IMG/VR virus record: IMGVR_UViG_3300000117_000018
Reading direction: 5' to 3' (one strand)
DNA length: 20,000 nt
From: an uncultured virus (IMG/VR IMGVR_UViG_3300000117_000018)
Taxonomy: Duplodnaviria; Heunggongvirae; Uroviricota; Caudoviricetes
This document shows positions 16,030 through 20,000 of this stretch, piece after piece. Each line of letters starts with the position of its first letter. The stretch's first letter is position 1. Below the pieces are notes generated by a model. The model did no database searches. It saw nothing but the letters and a program-made list of their open reading frames with translations, and was not told the DNA's origin. The position numbers were made by a program, and so were the translations under genes.

Positions 16030-17895
16030 TTACCTTAAGTTAGGATATTGTAAATTCTCCATCGCTCCAAAGTTTGGGTCATTCAAAAACCATCTAGCAT
16101 AAGCATGATCTACAGTAGGCTTTGGTGGATAGAAATTTACTTGATTAACATTTTCTTTTTCTCCATAATCACTAAAATCTGGTACAAAACTTATAAGTGC
16201 CAGAAGTCGTCGTTGTATATTCATCTGCTGCTCTAAAGTAACAGCGTTCTCTAATTCCTTAGTAGCCTCAATAGCCTTTTGAGCTATAAGCCATTTTATT
16301 TTTTGTCTTTTACTAGCATCCGGACTGAGAACGTTTTCCCGTTTACTGTTTTTTGTTGCATCACCCACCTTGTTGGGCCCCTCATTACTACCGGCGACTT
16401 GTACTCCATCCTCGAGTGTCGACTCTGAGTCCCCTTCGCTGGTATCCGATTCTTGTTCCAATTCCGCGATTTCTTTTTCAATGTCATCCTCCATAACTTT
16501 TTTACCACCTGCATTTGTGGGATCGTCAAAGTCATTTTCCGATGATGTAGAATCTTCCAATTGAGCTATTTCTTTTTCAATATCGTCTTCCATGTTCATA
16601 GCATCACCTTCGTTCTCTAGTTCAGCTATTTCACGTTCAATATCGTCTTCTAGTACTTGTTGGTATTCATCTATCTCTATTGCTTCGGGTTCAACCTCAA
16701 CTATTTCTTCTGTATACGTTTGTGTGTATACGGGAATTTCTGGTTCAAATAATTCTGTTTGTACTTCAGCGTTAACAACATCATCCACAATGGGATCTAG
16801 TACTGTAAAGTCTCCATCATTACCAGAAAGATCAACATAACCAGGACACATAGTATTATACTGAGCATCTAATCCACATTGCTGATCAAAATAAGCTGTA
16901 TCATATCCAATACAACCCATGTCATACAAAGGATTTTTTTCACATTGCGCTACAAAATAATCTGGACAGCCAGGATCTGATAACGGATCATTAGTACATT
17001 GTTGGTTATAATATGCCGTTTGATAGCCAGGACATGATGGATCGTATAAAACACTAATAGCACATTGCTGGTTCAAGTAAGCAGTAGCATAGCCAGGACA
17101 GCTTGGATCATATAAAGGATTTTGTGTACACTGTTGTTGGAACAGTGCGTTGGCATATCCAGGACAGCTTGGATCTGAAAGTGGTCCATTAAGTGTACAG
17201 TTATCTGGCATAAGTATAACTGAGCCAGTCATGTTTTGTACTTTAGGTCCATACATTCCTTGCCAGTAACCATTGTCAACACCTCTAATAGTAACTTCAA
17301 TTTCGTCAATAGTTAAACCTGGAACTAACGCTAGTGGAGAAAAAGTTAAGACATCTTCAACAGTCCAACCATTTGATTTGGTCTGGCTATAATCCCACTC
17401 TTCGCTGTAGATGTTAATACCACTTGCATAAGCATCAATAGTAATCACCAAATCATCTAAGCAATCACCGTTTACTTTGGTTACATTACATGCACCATTG
17501 ATTGTGTTAATGTTTTCGTTTTTCCAATCCCACTGAGCAGCATAGCCACCAATATTAAACCCTGCACCTGCAAGTGCTTGGTTGATAGCCATGTTTGTCA
17601 CCCACGTATCATTAGTGTGTGAAAAGTGAAGAATGTAATCGGTACTAGTAAGAGTGCTTCCAGTGTAGTTGTTATATTGCTGGTTTTGAGATTTACCTGT
17701 ATTATGACGACCTGTACCAAAGTCACCTTGGTCAAGTATCTGCTTGATAGTATTATCTACTGGATCAAGACACTGTGTACCAGTTAATGGGTTTATAGTA
17801 CCATCAGTTGAAGGTACGCAGTTTGTACTAACTTGTGCGTTACAATAAGAGGAGAAGAAGAGCAAGCCCGCTAATGCCAGCAGCCACCGCCCCAT
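16030..17895 (-). CDS. Large predicted exported protein with Cys-rich tandem repeats and acidic helical repeats
   Basis: Signal-peptide-like MGRWLLALAGLLFFSSYCNA (start 17895 or 17910), beta-rich N domain, six two-Cys repeats and three EDDIEkEIAeLE repeats. Confidence 0.85.
   Translation of the reverse strand: MGRWLLALAGLLFFSSYCNAQVSTNCVPSTDGTINPLTGTQCLDPVDNTIKQILDQGDFGTGRHNTGKSQNQQYNNYTGSTLTSTDYILHFSHTNDTWVTNMAINQALAGAGFNIGGYAAQWDWKNENINTINGACNVTKVNGDCLDDLVITIDAYASGINIYSEEWDYSQTKSNGWTVEDVLTFSPLALVPGLTIDEIEVTIRGVDNGYWQGMYGPKVQNMTGSVILMPDNCTLNGPLSDPSCPGYANALFQQQCTQNPLYDPSCPGYATAYLNQQCAISVLYDPSCPGYQTAYYNQQCTNDPLSDPGCPDYFVAQCEKNPLYDMGCIGYDTAYFDQQCGLDAQYNTMCPGYVDLSGNDGDFTVLDPIVDDVVNAEVQTELFEPEIPVYTQTYTEEIVEVEPEAIEIDEYQQVLEDDIEREIAELENEGDAMNMEDDIEKEIAQLEDSTSSENDFDDPTNAGGKKVMEDDIEKEIAELEQESDTSEGDSESTLEDGVQVAGSNEGPNKVGDATKNSKRENVLSPDASKRQKIKWLIAQKAIEATKELENAVTLEQQMNIQRRLLALISFVPDFSDYGEKENVNQVNFYPPKPTVDHAYARWFLNDPNFGAMENLQYPNLR
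16456..16650 (-). repeat. Three copies of EDDIE(K/R)EIA(E/Q)LE
   Basis: Seen in translation; approximately 16615-16650, 16555-16590 and 16456-16491. Confidence 0.85.
16837..17199 (-). repeat. Six Cys-pair repeats (about 22 aa period, CxxxPLYDPSCPGY-like)
   Basis: CTLNGPLSDPSCPGY, CTQNPLYDPSCPGY, CAISVLYDPSCPGY, CTNDPLSDPGCPDY, CEKNPLYDMGCIGY, CGLDAQYNTMCPGY. Confidence 0.9.
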
Positions 17896-18403
17896 TTCTT
17901 TTTTGAACATCCTTTTTTGTCTCCATTACTTCTACAGGTGGAATACGATCTGGATTTGCTTTCCAACCGTCAGTGGCTTTATCACCAATTTCACCTAAGA
18001 ACGGACAAGGTGTTCCTGCCATTTCCATTGCATTATATACTCTACGGTCTTGGCACAGTACAGATACTGCAGCCACTTTCATTCCCATATCATATAATGT
18101 TTTACTTATTTTCAACCTTTCACAATTTTCGTCTCTTACCATTTCCCCTGTAGATATTCCAAGGATCTGAGTTTGCACAGCAGCCGAAACTCCAACGGTA
18201 CATAAATCTGACGATGATGAGCCAACACTTGGCGAGATAGCCGAAGGTGGCGGTGAGATAACAATAGTTCTAGAATTCGCATCTGTATTTACAGTGGAAT
18301 TTGACTTTGAGTCTGTAATTACATTGCTTGTAGTCTGAGCTAAAGCAGTGTTTGACAGAAGCGCTAATCCAAATACTAACGCTATAATGTTTTTGTANTT
18401 CAT
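17840..18403 (-). CDS. Predicted exported Cys-containing protein with C-terminal hydrophobic tail
   Basis: Signal peptide (…ALLSNTALA|Q), S/T-rich linker, SPPPSAISP, four Cys, tail GAVAAGISGLALLLLLL*. Confidence 0.82.
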   Translation of the reverse strand: MXYKNIIALVFGLALLSNTALAQTTSNVITDSKSNSTVNTDANSRTIVISPPPSAISPSVGSSSSDLCTVGVSAAVQTQILGISTGEMVRDENCERLKISKTLYDMGMKVAAVSVLCQDRRVYNAMEMAGTPCPFLGEIGDKATDGWKANPDRIPPVEVMETKKDVQKRNGAVAAGISGLALLLLLL

Positions 18404-18434
18404 GATTGGTTCCGTTACTAAATCCTTAGACTAC

Positions 18435-18442
18435 TATTTATA
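18435..18442 (-). promoter_or_regulatory. T4-type late promoter TATAAATA (minus strand)
   Basis: TATTTATA on the + strand, about 30 nt upstream of ATG 18403. Confidence 0.78.
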
Positions 18443-18473
18443 AAAAAAAAGTACTAAAAAGTGAAAATAATCC

Positions 18474-18530
18474 TTTACAATTGCTAAAAAGTATGATATA
18501 ATATATCTATAAAATGGAAAAGGAAGGAAA
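18474..18530 (+). promoter_or_regulatory. Early promoter + conserved leader/SD cassette
   Basis: TTTACA (18474-18479)-N17-TATAAT (18497-18502), then ATATCTATAAAATGGAAAAGGAAGGAAA. Confidence 0.88.
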
Positions 18531-18534
18531 TACT

Positions 18535-18840
18535 ATGAAATACGCAAATATGTTAGGTTACTCAGATGTTGAACCATATGAAGTTGTAAAGGTTATCTCT
18601 GATAAAACTATTGAAATTCGTGCTATGGATTCAAAAGCACTCCCTTGGAAAAGAGATTTTCATCCTGGCGGTTTCTTTGGTCATACATCTAATCAAAACG
18701 AACAGAAGTGGGATATCACTTCAAATGAAGACAATCCGGTTTTCAGAATTCGTTTAGGTAAAAAAGGCTGGAAAAACGCTGGTGGATCTAGGTTTCAATT
18801 AGCAGATGAGCCAAGAAAATTCTATGATTTTAACTTCTAA
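18535..18840 (+). CDS. Hypothetical early protein
   Basis: ATG 18535 after SD; YSDVEPYEVVKV...PRKFYDFNF. Confidence 0.8.
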   Translation: MKYANMLGYSDVEPYEVVKVISDKTIEIRAMDSKALPWKRDFHPGGFFGHTSNQNEQKWDITSNEDNPVFRIRLGKKGWKNAGGSRFQLADEPRKFYDFNF

Positions 18841-18853
18841 GAAAGGAAGTAAT

Positions 18854-19015
18854 ATGCTTTTAACTGCAGTAATAATTGGCGCAATCACTGGAACCTTTAT
18901 TGGTGGGTTCCTTGTTAAGGATGAAGGTGCTATAGGAGAACTTTCTATGATAGCCTTTGGTCTTACTGGTCTAATCTTTGGTATAATTACATTTAGTTTA
19001 CTAGGTTTATTATAA
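18854..19015 (+). CDS. Small two-TM membrane protein
   Basis: SD AAGGAAG before ATG 18854; two Gly-rich hydrophobic segments. Confidence 0.7.
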   Translation: MLLTAVIIGAITGTFIGGFLVKDEGAIGELSMIAFGLTGLIFGIITFSLLGLL

Positions 19016-19033
19016 TTATTTTCAAAATAAACC

Positions 19034-19091
19034 TTTACAATTAACTAAAACTGTGTTATAATATATGTATAAAATGAAAAAAGGAAGGAAA
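19034..19091 (+). promoter_or_regulatory. Early promoter + conserved leader/SD cassette
   Basis: TTTACA (19034-19039)-N17-TATAAT (19057-19062), then ATATGTATAAAATGAAAAAAGGAAGGAAA. Confidence 0.88.
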
Positions 19092-19095
19092 TAAA

Positions 19096-19317
19096 ATGGG
19101 AAAAGTTAAAGGATTAGTTATGGATATCGAAGAAGAACTTTACGGTATCGATAACTTTGAAGATATGATCTCTGAGTCAGAGTCATATTCTCAGTTCACC
19201 ATGAAGCTTTTGGAAAAACCACAGTTCAATAAGATACATGAGCAGTATGGTTCTTCATGGGTTCGAGGAGTTCTACTAGATATGTGGAACGAGTACTGGG
19301 GTACTCAGTACGTATAA
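19096..19317 (+). CDS. Hypothetical early protein
   Basis: 73 aa ORF, MGKVKGLVMDIEE, after a strong SD. Confidence 0.78.
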   Translation: MGKVKGLVMDIEEELYGIDNFEDMISESESYSQFTMKLLEKPQFNKIHEQYGSSWVRGVLLDMWNEYWGTQYV

Positions 19318-19320
19318 ATA
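19313..19320 (+). promoter_or_regulatory. T4-type late promoter TATAAATA upstream of tmRNA
   Basis: Exact consensus immediately before the acceptor piece. Confidence 0.75.
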
Positions 19321-19325
19321 AGAAA

Positions 19326-19645
19326 GTAGTGATGAAGCAATTCAAACGCTAGACAGGACGCGGGGGCAGTACCCGCCGCCTCCACCATAACTACACTGGC
19401 GTGTGACGATATAAGTCCACGAAATTCAGTATAGTGCGGAACAATGATTACGGTTTCAGTGTAGTTATGATGGGGGCGAACTAGGATCGACTGGTAGTCA
19501 TTAGAAAAGTGGAGCTATCCCGCGCAAGCTGGGTTAACGCAAGAAAAAGACTAAACGCAAACGATAATTTTGCACCTGTGGATTATGCCTTAGCGGCATA
19601 GTTTAACGGGGTCCGGAGGTACCTAGCAACAGAAACCTCCAACTA
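19326..19645 (+). ncRNA. ssrA: Two-piece (circularly permuted) tmRNA, alphaproteobacterial type; outer ends approximate
   Basis: Acceptor piece has T-arm GCGGG-GGCAGTA-CCCGC then CGCCTCC-A-CCA ending 19387. Coding piece starts GGGGGCG at 19472 (7 bp acceptor stem with G3-U). Tag 19557-19601 reads ANDNFAPVDYALAA*. Confidence 0.95.
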
Positions 19646-19665
19646 ATTTTTTACAGGAGACTTGA

Positions 19666-20000
19666 ATGCCGCCTAGAAATCATAAAAATTGGTTAGCTAC
19701 ACCAAACGTAGAATACATATCAAGCGAGTGCTATAATAACGCTGATATTTTTGCCCAAGAACAAGAAAGAATTTTTTCAAAAGTTTGGGTTCCTATGTGT
19801 CACATTTCTGAAATGTATAATAAATTTGAGTTTAGAACAACACAAATCGCAGGTCAAAATGTTATTGCGTGGAATACTGGAGATAGGGTTAAAACATACT
19901 TGAATAACGGTCCACAACAACCTTCTGGCAAAGTATGGAATGATGATACTTTTGGTAAAGAGTTACATTGTGAAGTAAAACATGGTGGAATGGTATGGGT
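19666..20000 (+). CDS. Aromatic ring-hydroxylating dioxygenase alpha-subunit-like protein (partial; Rieske motifs apparently absent)
   Basis: SD AGGAG; open to the window end. MPPRNHK...ISSECYNNADIFAQEQERIFSKVWVPMCHISEM...FRTTQIAGQNVIAW...YLN...LHCEVKHGGMVW. Confidence 0.75.
   Translation, partial: MPPRNHKNWLATPNVEYISSECYNNADIFAQEQERIFSKVWVPMCHISEMYNKFEFRTTQIAGQNVIAWNTGDRVKTYLNNGPQQPSGKVWNDDTFGKELHCEVKHGGMVW

Noticed and set aside
14730..18170. Plus-strand and alternative-frame ORFs within the inverted operon
   Set aside because: Ser/Ile-rich antisense shadows of acidic or coiled-coil minus-strand genes.
19355..19387. tRNA gene (T-arm + CCA)
   Set aside because: No D or anticodon arm upstream; the matching 5' strand lies downstream at 19472, so this is a permuted tmRNA.

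Overview
AT-rich segment of a T4-like (Tevenvirinae-related) myophage genome, most likely aquatic/marine. An alphaproteobacterial host is inferred from the permuted tmRNA with a GGCAGUA T-loop. The left half carries putative late genes (a CTS-like protein, a 3TM holin-like gene) and the T4-type nucleotide/DNA metabolism block: nrdA, nrdB, glutaredoxin, Zn-ribbon, GIY-YIG nuclease, RNase H, a pyrimidine-dimer glycosylase-like gene, phoH, a PD-(D/E)XK exonuclease and a half-size Na+/Pi cotransporter. The right half is accessory. It has small ORFs behind repeated sigma70-type early promoters (7 copies window-wide of TTTACA-N17-TATAAT with extended TG), a late operon ending in a GH108 endolysin, and a convergent six-gene minus-strand late operon of predicted exported/membrane proteins that includes a Cys-repeat protein. 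It ends with a two-piece tmRNA behind a TATAAATA late promoter (tag ANDNFAPVDYALAA) and the start of a ring-hydroxylating dioxygenase alpha-like gene that appears to lack its Rieske cluster motifs. All family calls come from motif recognition by eye, not database searches.
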